From Chiloscyllium plagiosum (lineage: Eukaryota), in NCBI RefSeq assembly GCF_004010195.1, contig NC_057749.1:12615180-12679179 (forward strand): a DNA stretch of 64,000 bases, written 5' to 3'. Shown here in pieces: positions 39,590 through 52,027 of the stretch. How positions within the stretch are numbered: position 1 is the stretch's first letter; the number at the start of each line of letters is the position of its first letter. Position numbers and translations under genes: made by a program. The notes under the pieces are model-generated. The model was not told the DNA's origin. It did no database searches and saw only the letters and a list, made by a program, of their open reading frames with translations.

Positions 39590-39990
39590 TCTCCGGTGAA
39601 AACACAGACTGACTCCTGCTGTGCCTCGCACACACCTCCGGCTGACCTGCCGCACTCAACGAGCGACTACCACCGCCTCAGGGCCCTGCCGCCCGTTACC
39701 GGGGCAACGCTCCAGGGCCCGGCCCTAACAACAACGACGACGACGGGCGTCACCCTGCTTCACCACCCTCGATGTGGCAGAGCTTCGTCTCAATATCTCC
39801 CAACCCAACCCCCAGGGTTTCTTCCCCAGTACTGAATGTCGTCCCAGTCTTCAGCCCCTTCCCCTGCCTCACCGCCGTCTTCACCCTGAACATCCGGGGT
39901 CTTTCTATTACGTCAGCACGCCATACGTACCACGACCCAGTTCAGCAACACTGTTCCAGATGGGGCTGGCTGAGGGGGGACTGATTCCAC
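39590..39990 (-). promoter_or_regulatory. BBS4: CpG-rich putative BBS4 promoter / first exon
   Basis: Strongest non-repeat CpG-dense patch in the window, upstream of the BBS4 exons. Contains an X-box and a candidate donor GCGGCAG|gtcagc at 39647/39646. Confidence 0.7.
39695..39708. promoter_or_regulatory. RFX X-box motif
   Basis: GTTACC-GG-GGCAAC fits the imperfect palindromic X-box (GTNRCC N0-3 RGYAAC). Ciliary and BBS genes are established RFX targets. Confidence 0.75.
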
Positions 39991-40119
39991 CCGCACCCGC
40001 ACCCACCTACACCCGCACAGACACCGCACCCACCTACACCTGCACAGACACCCGCACCCACCTACACCTGCACAGACACCCGCACCCACCTACACCCGCA
40101 CAGACACCGCACCCGCACC
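39988..40119. repeat. 27-28 bp C-rich tandem repeat (~4.5 units)
   Basis: CACCCACCTACACC(C/T)GCACAGACACC(C)G repeated. Confidence 0.9.
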
Positions 40120-40279
40120 GGTTTCTGGTCAACCTTGCTCATTCACTCTAACTCTGCCTCTCACCTCACAATTGTTCAAACTTACAGGGATGTACCACAT
40201 AAAAACATTACTGCTATCCTGTTGTATTTAAACTAGGCAGTAGATGTAAAGGTATCGTTTTACCTTTTGTCAGTTATTT

Positions 40280-43200
40280 TTCAACGTTTATTAGGTTAGA
40301 CGTCACTACGCTATGATAGGTAAGGGCATTGAAACAACTGAGGCAGCAAGCTTTTCATGCTTAGGTAACCTCAGTCTAGCTCGTTATTGCCTTTAAGCTC
40401 CTTACAGGGAATTTTAAAACAATACAATAAATACATTGATTAAACGACGATCATTAAGTATGAGAAAGTGAGGACTGCAGATGCTGTCAGCCCATCCCAT
40501 TAACTGTGTATCCTAGATAAGCCAGACTAAAGCTTATGAAGTTGAAGATAAATTCTTCTGATTGGAAATATTTGGCACAGATATGCTCATCTCCCAGGTG
40601 AGGGAGCAAGGGCTTTATGCAATAATGATTACAAACATACATATTAACATGCATTGTACCTTTTTACTTATTCACAAAATAGGCAACTTGGGAAACAAAC
40701 CAATGCATGAAGGTTAAGCAGAAAAGCTTACACAAAATTAAGTTTTCAATTGTCACATTCCTGTGACTTCCCCATTTTCAATTTTACAGAATTCCTTATA
40801 GCCAGGGCCCCTAGAAAGTTCCGCATGCTCCTCAATCCTCAACACAAGATCTATTCCATACTATTTCTTCTTCTCCCCTTCATTGCAAAGGAAAACTCAT
40901 ACTGACCTGGTTGGATAGCAAAATGGCCACCCTCAATCAATGAAAAAAAGTTGAGATTCAACTTCCAAGACTACTACTTTAAATAATACCACAGTGAGTG
41001 CACTTTTCTAAATTAATGAACTAATCCTACAACTCTGGTTTCATGCAAGCGTCATCTCTTCTTTCATTCCAGAACTGGAGGTTGCACCTGCAGCCATCTC
41101 AGCTCCTTCCCAAAACTAAACCTTAGAGACCTTTCTTTAAAACAAGGCCTTTTGGCCAGCCTTCCCAATAGCTCCTTCTCAAAAGGGCACATTGAATAGT
41201 GGCCTGGTGACCACTTTATGTTGAGTTATTTTCTAGAAGAAACAGTTTACACTAAGGAGTTATTAAAGTTCAGCTTAAACAGAAAACCTTCACATTAATT
41301 TTTGATGCTTTCATTGTGAAGCACAAGTTTAGGTGAACCTCAACTTTTCTGCTCCATTCTTCATCAGTCCAATTGTGTTGATACTACTTGAAGCAAAGAT
41401 GCATTCTCCAAGTTTGTGTTTAGAAAGCATTTGTTTCCTCATGTCAAAAGTGTACTCACTGGGTTAAAATGGCACTGTGTTGGTGCTAGGTAGGCACGTA
41501 GAACAACATTTTAGGCCAGAATGCATTAACTCTGTGTGATTGTGGTTCAGTAACTGTTTCTGATCTATTTGAAAGAGAAATACATGGATTCACAATGTTG
41601 TTCATCCCCAAATTAAATCAAGAAGAATTTCTTCCAGAGTATTTGTTAGAAAATGCTCAAGGATAAGGTGCTTTAAAAATGGATTTAATTTATATAATCA
41701 AATAACCCTTTTGCCACTTAAGTACTTTAAAAAAAATGCATCAGCAGTAGAGTTCCTGCTCTGCCTAAAATACAAAGGCAGATAAACCTACCTTAAAGCA
41801 AAACTTCTGGAAAGAGGTAAAATGTAACATTCCCTTATTTATATCAAGATGTGCTGAATGAATTGTCACTAGAGTTACTCACTCACTTCTTAGATCTAAG
41901 ACAGCAAATACTACACACCATCTAACTAAATGGAGATCGGTTAATAGGCAAAAAAAATTCGGAATCAAAGTGACTATGGGTTACGGTACAACGTGAACAT
42001 ACAGGTAGCTATTTTGCAGGTCTTTAATTTGCAAGCAGCGGAGATGTTTGGACAAACCAGGATTTGGGGTCAACTATGCAATCCAACTTCCTGCCTGATA
42101 AAAGCTAAGCTTGAGTTTCTCTACTTACCATCCGGTCAGCAGAGAATGTATTTATACTTTGATACTTTAATATTTTGACAGTTCCTTTCTTTCCTCCTGT
42201 GAGAATGTACAAGACTGATTCTGCCAGGATTGGAGCAGTCTCCTTTGCAAACAATCCAGGGACTCTTGGGCAAATGCTGATTCTGTTAGCAATCAAGACT
42301 CTGCCTTGCTTTCAAGATGCAAGTCATTTTACAAGCCATGATGCCAGATACAGCAGAGGAACGATTGAGATGGTACCACCTTTATGATCATGGAAAAAGA
42401 CCAAAGACTAGTTTTAACTTGAAAACAGCATCTACTGAATACTCACTGAAAAGCTCAAAAGCTCTCCCAGACCTTTGGGTTGAGACCAAGGCTCTTCCTT
42501 ATTTGTAGAAGAATATGTGAAAGGAACAATAAAAAAGCTTCACAACAATTTTACTAGCAATCATATCTGATGGCCATATGCTGGAGCTCTAATTCACAGG
42601 ATGCCTGACAAATTACATATACACTTGTGTATTACTCAATGCTAATCCCCACCTCAAATGCACTGGAAGACACGCAAGGGATACCCAAATTAAACCTTTA
42701 TCGTCAGTAAATGCTTTGCAGTATTCAAGCTTTACAACTGTAAGTTTGTCATGGATTCATCCATTACAGCTACAAATTTTTCAACGTTTGAGAATTTGAC
42801 AATACATTGTCCCAGTGCAACAAAAGAAAAAAAAACAAAGTCCACAGCAATGAGTGTTGGAGCTAAGGAACCCAATGCTAGGTCTTAACTTCAGACAACC
42901 TTCTCTCTGATATATACAACCAATTTAATGGTGAAGTCGAACAAAACTATTACTTGCAGCTTGGATTGGTTGTCAGTTTAGAACATAGCAGTCCATTTTT
43001 CACTTAGCCCCACCAAGCAATGATCCTTCAACCCTAACCACTATATGCTGGGATAGCAACACACAGGCAGAGCACAGCAAGGACAGCAGCAATGTAGAGG
43101 CAGGCAGAGAGAGAGAGGAGGTCAGGCAGAAAGAAAGAGANNNNNNNNNNNNNNNNNNNNNNNNNNNNNNNNNAGAGAGAGAGAGGGCAGGGAGGGAGGG

Positions 43201-44221
43201 AGACAGGGAGAGGGAGGGAGAGACAGACACACACGCTGGGTGCTGTTCTCTTCCAAATGTTAACTACCTGTACCGCTGTTATAGTCTGACGAGTTCTGTA
43301 CAATTTTACGGGTATTTTTTAAAAATTTTCATACAGCAAAGAAATGGAAGGTACTGAGGGCTTCTACTGAAGCTGGAGGTGACTATCATTAGCCAGAAGA
43401 TGCAGCAGAGTAGAAAAGCAGCAATGACAAATGATTTTTTGAGGTGGAAGGGATTGGAGGGCATGGAAAGGAGGCAAATATTGGGGAAACTCGACACGAC
43501 CAGGTCTCAGCTCGAGTCTACATCTAGTACTATGGAAAAGTACAAGGTAAAAACTTGTTTTGTTTAAAAAAGCAGAAAATTAAATTCACATTCCACTAAC
43601 AGCGTTGAGGTCAAAGGTTAGCAAACCTAAAGAAACTGCACAGCAAATATACATATTCTTGAAGGTTTTTAAAGAATAAATATTTTTTGTAATTAAACAT
43701 TATGCAAACACGTGCCACGCTTGCTCTCGCTCAACCATGCATATGCGCTATATACAATTTGAAAAATACTGTGTCCTCCTTTTAAAAGTCATATACAAAG
43801 ATATCCCCCAGAGCGCTGCCTTACAGTTAGCCAATCAACATTCACAAACAGGGAACCTACATACAATTAATGTCTGGCTGGAAAAAGAAGAGCCAGGTCA
43901 AAACAGTTTCAGTTCAATTACTACACACAGAAAAATGAATAAATGAAAGGAAACAGAAAATGGTTCAGCTCTCAGAATGTAGCTACATTACAGATTAAAG
44001 TTGGAGGGTTTTTAGTGTGTCATACCCTTCATCCACTTACAATACTGTTGTACATTTTGTGGTTTTATCTACTTTTTTTATTACAATATAATTTACTTAA
44101 ACTTTCCATTAACAAAAAGTAGGGTAGAACTCCAGCAGTGTCTGCAAGGGCCAGTGCCGCCCACTTTATTTGCATCAGCACTCTGTTGCTAACGGGTTGA
44201 CAGTTCATTATAAGCTGAGCC
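40280..44221 (-). other. ARIH1: Putative long ARIH1 3' UTR (end uncertain)
   Basis: AT-rich and nearly free of transposons, directly after the stop codon. Minus-strand AATAAA at 44170-44165, 44082-44077 and 40292-40287. Confidence 0.5.
43141..43173. other. Assembly gap within a (GA)n microsatellite
   Basis: 33 N flanked by GA-rich tracts. Confidence 1.
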
Positions 44222-44306
44222 TCAGTCCTCGATATACTCCCAAAGATCTTTCTCATAGCCTTCGTGCACATGCTGTAGCAACACCTTCCTCCGGCTCTCA
44301 CAGTAT
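44222..44306 (-). CDS. ARIH1: ARIH1 terminal coding exon
   Basis: (R)[27 protein letters not shown]. atcag acceptor, TGA at 44224-44222. Confidence 0.96.
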
Positions 44307-44419
44307 CTGATAAAGACAGAACAAATCAATCAAAATAAAACAATAGATTATTCAACTATCCAAAATAAAAAGTTTAACATTCCAGATGGAGGCCTTCATT
44401 AGCACAACTGAATACAGGC

Positions 44420-46005
44420 TACTAGACTAGATAGGTTTGAAGTGCATAAGCAGGTAGTGTTAGCAATTCTGGAAAGTGTGAAAATAGATAAGTTCCCTGG
44501 GCCAGATGGGATTTATCCTCGGATTCCCTGGAAAGACACGGAGGAGATTGCCGAGCCTTTGGCTTTGAGCTTAATGCCGCCATTGTCTACAGGAATAGTG
44601 CTAGAAGACTGGAAGATAGCAAAAGTTGTTCCCTTGTTCAAGAAGGGTAGTAGAGACAATCCTGGAAATTATAGACCTGTGAGCCTTACTTCGGTTGTGG
44701 GTAAAGTGTTGGAAAGGGTTAAGAGATAGGGTTTATAATCATTTATAAAGGAATAAGTTGATTTGGGATAGTCAACACTGTTTGTAAAAGGTAGGTCATG
44801 TCTCACAAACCTTGTTCTTCAAGAAGGTGGCCAAACAAGTGGATGAGGGTAAAGCATTTGATATGGTGTAGAGGGATTTCAATAAGGCATTTGATAAGGT
44901 TCCCCACGCTGGCTATTGCACAAAATATGGAAGCATGGAATTGAGGTGATTTAGCGATTTAGATCAGAAATTGGCTAGCTGAAAGAGAATGTGGTGGTTG
45001 ATGGGAAATATTCATCCTGGAATTCAGTTACTAGTGGGGTACCACAAGGATCGGTTTTGGGTCCACTGTTGTTTGTCATTTTTATGAAAGACCTGGATGA
45101 GGGCATAGAAAGATGAGTTTGTAAATTTGTAGATGACACTAAGGCTGTCAGAGTTGTGGATAGTGATGAAGGATATTGGAGGTTAACAGAGAGACATAGA
45201 TAAGCTGCAGAGCTGGGCTGAGCGATGGCAAATGCAGTTTAAGGCGGAAAAGTGTGAGATGATTCACTTTGGAAGGAGTAACAGGAGTACAGAGTACTGA
45301 GCCAATGGTAAGATTCTTGGTAGTGTAGATGAGTGGAGATCTTGGTATCCTTGAAAGTTGCCACCCAGGTTCATAGGATTGTTAAGGCATATGGTGTGTT
45401 AGCTTTTATAGGTAGGGGGATTGAGTTTTGGAACCATGAGATCATGCTGTAGCTGTACAAAACCCTAGTGCAACCACATTTGGAGTATTGCATACAGTTC
45501 TGGTCACCGCATTATAGGAAGGGTGATGTGGAAGCTTTGGAAACGGTGCAGAGGACATTTACTAGGATGTTGTTTGGCATGGAGGGAAAGTCTTACGAGG
45601 AAAGGCTGAGGGACTTGAGGCTGTTTTCATTAGGAGGGAAGGTGGTTAAGAGGTGACTTAATTGAGACACAAGACAATCAGAGGGTTAGATAGAGTGGAC
45701 AGTGAGAGCCTTTTTCCTCAGAAGGCGATGGCTAGCACAAGAAGACAGCTTTAAATTGAGGGGTAATAGATATAGGACAGATGTCAGAAGTAGTTTCTTC
45801 CCTCAGTAGTAGGGATGTGGGTCGCATTGCCTGCAACAGTAGTAGACTCGCCAACTTTAAGGGCATTTAAATGATTATTGGATAGGCATATGGATGAGAA
45901 TGGAATAGCGCAAGTTAGATGGGCTTCAGATTGGTTCCACAGGTCGATGTAACATTGAGGTCTGAAGGACCTGTACTGCGCTATAAATGTTCTATGCTCC
46001 ATGAA
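44420..46005 (+). mobile_element. 5'-truncated decayed CR1 LINE in the last ARIH1 intron
   Basis: DKFPGPDGIYP...VVPLFKKG...YRPVSLTS, HLEYCIQFWSP and a CR1 3' tail. Confidence 0.9.
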
Positions 46006-46299
46006 CAATTGGATAGTAAAGGGAGAAATACTGTGTGGAGGACTTCAAACACATACCTAAGAAAGCAAGGAAGGGTGAATAGATGGAGATTTTAAAAATA
46101 ATTAAAACTTCCAACTACTTTGAGAAGGAGTTGGCTAATTGGTTTGAACAAGCCTTTCTGTGTATACAGAAGCTAAGTTTATATAGTAACCAGATACCAA
46201 AGGAATGATAAAACACTAACTGTTTAACATATGCCGAGATCTAAGGTTTAACAGACCCAATTCATTAATCAAAAGCTCAAGGGTCACAAGTTTAAACTC

Positions 46300-46685
46300 T
46301 GGCTCAGCACTGTCAGCTTGGTTCTGTTGATAGCACATTTGCCATATTCAAATATTTAAAGATTTCACTCCCGTTCCAGACTTTTTGCATTTAAATTTAC
46401 TGCACAGCATAGAGTACACCTGTGTGCAGTTCCAGCACTGTAAGAAAAACATCTGCCTGATCAGCTAATGTTAAGGATTCCATTACCCTGGCAACATTCA
46501 TCCTCAAATTACCATCACCAAAAACAGATCAACTGACCATTTACTCACTGCTGTTTTGAGAATTATGCTGAACAAAAGTGGGCACTGGATTTGCTTCTGT
46601 GATTAAATATCCAAGTATCTTGTTGTATCTGAAGCACAATGAGTTGTTTAAGATGACATTATGAAATTGAAAGTCTTTTTTCTCG
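46300..46685 (+). mobile_element. Ancient degenerate SINE, probably DeuSINE-like
   Basis: CATCACCAAAAACAGATCAACTGACCATTTACTCACTGCTGTTT resembles the Deu central domain as I recall it. Confidence 0.45.
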
Positions 46686-47281
46686 TGCGTAAGGGAAGTA
46701 ACTACCTCAGCCACTTATACTTTAATAGGACTCACTAATTGTGAATCATGCGAAGGCTCTTGCAAGTGGCAAATCCTTTCACATCACAAAACCACAGATA
46801 GCCTTGATGCTAGCAACCAGAACGCCAAACTACTTTTATTGATAAGTTCACTATGTGTTAAGCTTACAAGAAGTTACAAATCTCAGGGTTGAAATGATCA
46901 AAAGGGAATGCTCTAATCATCAATTATGGGATGGGTAACACCACACATTGCAAGGAAAAAAATTAATCCATGAGGAATGGGAGGATCAAAGGAGATGGAT
47001 TATTCATATTAGTTATGGTCCCTTGGCAACTTTCACCTTCTATCGATCAATCCAACCATCCCTTGGAGAAAAACAATAAGGGCTAAGGTTCTACTTCTAC
47101 TACAAGATTGGGAGTGCCAGCGCATTCATGACTACATTCAGAAAGATTACATTAAGAGCCTATATAGGTTTCATCAGGACAGAGTTCACCCTGAAATAAA
47201 CAATATTTTTGACGTGGAGGAACAGGTGGTCAGAGGGAGAGAAGAGAAAACATTGTCAGCACTAAATTCCTCTCGTCCCAC

Positions 47282-47394
47282 CTGTACTTGTCTTGTACTT
47301 TCTGTTTGATGTCTTGCAGGGAGTCCTGGGATATGTCCCTCTCCAGATAGCCAGACAGCACTTCTGTTGCATTCTCCAGATCTGCCTGATTGTT
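47282..47394 (-). CDS. ARIH1: ARIH1 coding exon (Ariadne domain)
   Basis: [37 protein letters not shown](R). 113 bp, ttccag acceptor, gtggg donor. Confidence 0.96.
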
Positions 47395-47804
47395 CTGGAA
47401 GAGACACACACATTGGATGGAAAAGATTTGGATCTCAACACTAACATGATTGCAGTGTGGAAGCACTTTGAGAGCGGTGTGTTTGTGCTCTCATATTGAA
47501 CTCCAACCACCTCAGTTTTTCCTCCACTCAATAATTAAAGTCAAAGCAGCAACATTCTTTAATGGAGCATTTCAACTTACAAAAAAATGCTAAAACTTAT
47601 GTAGAACTATAAAAATGCAGCTAAACTGAAAAGAATCAAGAGTGAACACTAAAGCTTGGTTTGCTTTGCAAAGCTCAGTGCAAATAAATACATACCTGGT
47701 GACAAGACAAGGCTCTGAAAATGCCATCACCAGAAAGGGAAGCAAGGTTGGGGAGTTGTATATTTTTTAAAAGAGTAGAAACATCACACAATGGTTGTAC
47801 AGAT

Positions 47805-48365
47805 GACATTCGCAGAGTTACACAACACTGTCCAACCTGCCTGCGCCAACCAATATCCTAAACTGATCTAGACCAACTTGTATTTGGCGCATATCCCTTT
47901 GTATCCTTCCTATTCATGGATGAACCTTTGAAACGTTGTAATTGTACTAGCCTCCACCACTTGCTCTGGCAGCTCATTCCATCCACTTACCCTCAGCGTG
48001 AAGTAGTTACTCCTCAGGTCCCTTTAAAACCTTTTCCTCAAACCTCAGCTCTCTAGTTCTGACTCCCACATCCTGGGAGAAACATCTTGGGTATTCACTC
48101 TACCCATGTCCCTCATGACTTGATAAATCTCTATAAGGTCACCCCCTCAGCCTCCGATACTTCAAGGAAAATAGCCCCAGCCTATTCAGCCTTTCCTTAT
48201 AACAAACTCTAACACTAGCAACATCTTTGGAAATCTTTTCTGAATCCTTTCAAGATTAACAACATCTTTCCTAGAGCAGGGAGACTAGAATTGAACACAG
48301 TATTCTAAAAGTGGCCTCACCAATGTCCTACATAGCTGCAATGTGACATCCCTACATCTATACTC
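47805..48365 (-). mobile_element. CR1 3' fragment
   Basis: Homologous to 33180-33540 and continues into the RT C-terminus. Confidence 0.8.
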
Positions 48366-48539
48366 AAAGACAAAAATAGAAATTGCTAAAAAAGCTCAGC
48401 AGGTCTGGCATCTGTGGAGAGAAATTGAAGTTCATGTTTTGGGTCGAGTGACCGTTCCTCAGGGAAAAAGCAAGCCTGACAACACTCACAAATGTGCATT
48501 TTTAGTTCTCATTTCTAGTGTTCTGGGAAAGGAATAGTA

Positions 48540-48867
48540 CAGGTAGACAACCCTTTATCTGAAAAGCTCTGAAATCCGAAGGTTTTTTTGTGAAGTTTTT
48601 TTCTAATTAACAAGGTTGTTTGATGTGCAAACAGCTAACCCAGCACCACACCCACTCGACGATAGTCATTCAGATGCGGCATGTGGGGCATGGCCCAGCA
48701 CTGGCAGGCCTCAATTCTGCTTCAGGACCAGTTTTACTCAGTGCATCTGCTGTTGGTAAGACTTTTTAAAATTTCACCATCAATCTGTCACTTATTCTGA
48801 AATTCGAAAAATTGAATTCCAAAAACCAGCTGGTCCTGTGCATTTCGGAAAAAAGATTGTGCACCTG
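48540..48867. mobile_element. Tc1/mariner (Tigger-like) MITE
   Basis: TA|CAGGTAGACAACCCTTTATCTGAAA ... TTTCGGAAAAAAGATTGTGCACCTG|TA: imperfect 25-bp TIRs with a TA TSD. Confidence 0.75.
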
Positions 48868-51468
48868 TATATAGTGCTTGTTCAATAATCCTAATGACAA
48901 TTGCAGGATTTTGATTTCATGATAAACTGACTGGAGCAACACTGTGTAAATAAACTGATAAATAACTTGGAAAGGGAACTTCAAGATGATGCTGCATCGA
49001 TAATCTTGCTCCTCTTGTCTTCTTGATGGCAAAGGTTTGTGAAACTGCAACATAGGAAATAATCTTGATGCTGCAAGGCATGCGAGAGAAAGAATATTTA
49101 AGATAGAATGTACAGTGCCTGCTATTCCCTTCTCCTTTACATTTTTCAAATTGTACACAATTGTCCACATGGAGACTTCATACATTTTAAGGTCACTAGA
49201 GTGTCGGTGATTGCATAAAGCTTCTACAACCTCATTCATTAACAGGAATGACAAAAACAATGTCTACTACTTAATCATGATTCTACTTCCCCATCCAGTA
49301 TTCATATAAATTGGATATTCTCTTCATATTCTTGGCGCAAATACTCTATTTTTCTATTTTTTTCAATCTTGAGCTTTAGACTACACTGCTTTAAACCAAT
49401 GAGACTATTCAAAGGACGTGACTGCAGTTTTTAAAAAACTAATCACACTTACTGTAGCACACTGAGAATGTTGTGTTTTTTGGGAACAGTGAGAGCAGAA
49501 GCAAATCCATGGAGCCAATGGGTTTGGAACTGAATGAAACCTGTTCGACAGTAATATCCTGTTTGGCTCCTGACCAGGTAACTTTGGCTTGTGTGAGGGC
49601 AGTGCAGCAGGGAACCACCAAGTTTACAAAGAGAAAGCATCGAAGAAATCTCTCGTGGAAGCACTAGAGAGACTCCAGTAACATCCAACTGTTGTCTCTA
49701 TGAAGGAGTAAGACACCTTTAAGATTGAGGATTTGTCTTTTTCACTATCTGTGAATGAAGGAACAATCTTGTGTCAACCACAAAGAATTAAAAAGAAATG
49801 GAAAGGAAGAAAAAGAAAGCAACTAAATCAAGTTAAGTTTTGTGGTCAGATTAGTGTTATTGAAATATATTTCTTTGTTGTTTTTTTCTACTTTCCACCC
49901 TCAATATACATGTTGTACCTGTTTTTGTGGCTGTCTGTTTGTGAAGCGGAGAAGTTAAGAAGGGATGAAGTTTAAGTTATGGAACAATAAGTTTGAAATT
50001 AATGTCTTAATTGCCAATGGTGAAAGACAAACTATTCATAACAAACAGCTATTTCCATGTGAACTGCAGAACTAGCTGTTTTTTTGTCATCTGTGGACTT
50101 TATGATAGATCGATTAAATCTTTTCTCATCTGTGAAAATTCTGGGAATGAGAGTAGGAAGAAGTCTGTCCTCATCTTTGATTTCCAGTGCACTACCCCCA
50201 GAGTGAGTCATAACACTGAAGGTTCCAATACTGGACGATTTGAGCTGCTTCACCACATAAAACCTTACTTTCAGCTACCAAGGCCCAAGCTTTTGAAATG
50301 TTTGCCCTAAACCACTAACATTCTTCATTTCAGTAAACGGCTCTAAAACCTACACCCTAAAACCTAAACAAAAGTTTTTGTCACTTGTCATAACATTTCG
50401 TGAGGTGGTTCAGATTTGCTTGATAATGTTTCTCTGAAGCAGCTTGGTAAAAGTGCAATATAAACATAAGCTGAAGTTGAATATGGAGCTTCCATGTTTG
50501 TGGTCATGAGGTCTATTCAGAGATATTGTCTGTTTGGGCTTGATACATAGCAGTCAATAGATACTTCTGCCTTAATTCTGTTAAGTAAAAGAACCAAGTT
50601 ACCCCTGAGGAAGAACAACAGCTCATTTCTGCACTAAATCTGGTGCGTGGGAAGCAGACACGTTTGGCACTAGCTTCACGCTAGCCACATGTGGGGATAC
50701 CAGGATATGGCATGGGATGCCAGAATAGTGCATGCCTGGGACATCAGATAATAGTGTTTGACTCACCACTTGCCCCATCACGTTAAAAGGAGTTTGTAAA
50801 GCAGTTGCAACACTTTCAGGCTACAGAACAAGTAGGACAAGGAAGTAATGACAATCAACAATAGAAAAGGCTTACGTGAGATTTGCTCAACATACAGAAG
50901 TTAAGGCATGGCATAGAGACAAGTTCTCAGCAAGTGGCTGCAGGAAATGCAAAACCTCAAAAGTGTCTGAAACTAAATTTGCAACCACAAATTGAAAGCT
51001 ATTTTCCTGTCACATGGGAGTAGCAGTATATTTTGACCTCAATCAACAAGTCAAAGGAAAGATGCACAATGGAGGGTTAGCGCACAAATTATGTACAAGA
51101 TGCTTGTAGAGAAATTGTGTAATAAGATGATACTATGTGCCTATAGATGGCGAGGAATCCTATAGGATTCTTTACTTCCAATAGATTTGAAGCATTTATG
51201 AATGAATTAAAAGACTAAACTTCAAGCAAAGGATCTATTTCATTATATATTATGATAGTTCCTACTTGCTGCTCATAAGTCACCGCCTGTATGCACAGCT
51301 ATCACACAGCCTGCCATTTTTACAGGCCAAGTTGAAAATTTTTAGTTCACCTGAAACCACAAAATGTTCCAGAGTAACTGTTAGTCTGTGCCTAGATTTT
51401 ATCAGCTAAACAAATTTGTCTCACTTTCAAGATAATAATTTGTAGCTTGGAGTGTAAAGAGGGCCTAC

Positions 51469-51729
51469 CTCAAAGATAATGGACTGGTTGTTCTTTCTGA
51501 GGTAGAAAGCAAAGACGTAAGTGTACATTAATGTGGCGCGACACTGACAGAGCACATCCACAGCTTTCTTCAGGAACTGCACCTCAATCCAAGACATATT
51601 GTGTTGTTGCATTTCCTCCATCTTCTGCTTGACCTGAGCATAGAGTTTGTGCTCAAACCGCAAGCTCTGCATGTGGTTCATATAGCGGTTGCAGTAGAAT
51701 AGGTACCGCTGGAGTGCTGCTCGAGAACG
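51469..51729 (-). CDS. ARIH1: ARIH1 coding exon (Ariadne domain)
   Basis: [87 protein letters not shown]. 261 bp, cacag acceptor, gtagg donor. Confidence 0.97.
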
Positions 51730-52027
51730 CTGTGAAACAAACAAACGGTAGGAACTGAAAATGGTGTTAGAAGATTGAAAATAGTAGCAATTTCACTTTT
51801 TCCAACAGACAAGTAATACTCAACATGCACAAGCTGTCAATTAAATTCATCTGATTTAACAAATGTTAGTACAGCAAACACATACAAATATGATTTGAGG
51901 GGTAAGCCATTTGGCCCCTGTGCCTGCTCCATCCTTCAGTTGTATCATGGCTAAGCCGATCGCCATCTTAATTCTCCTGCCTCCCTCCAATACCCTTCTA
52001 ATTTCTTTTGACTAACAAGAAATTCCA

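Noticed and set aside
39596..40151. Plus-strand ORFs in the CpG island as a divergent gene
   Set aside because: Short, low-complexity, partly tandem repeat, and no recognisable homology. Expected by chance in GC-rich DNA.
48766..50310. Assorted 60-164 aa ORFs in the ARIH1 intron
   Set aside because: No motifs, no splice-consistent structure, and AT-rich composition typical of chance ORFs.
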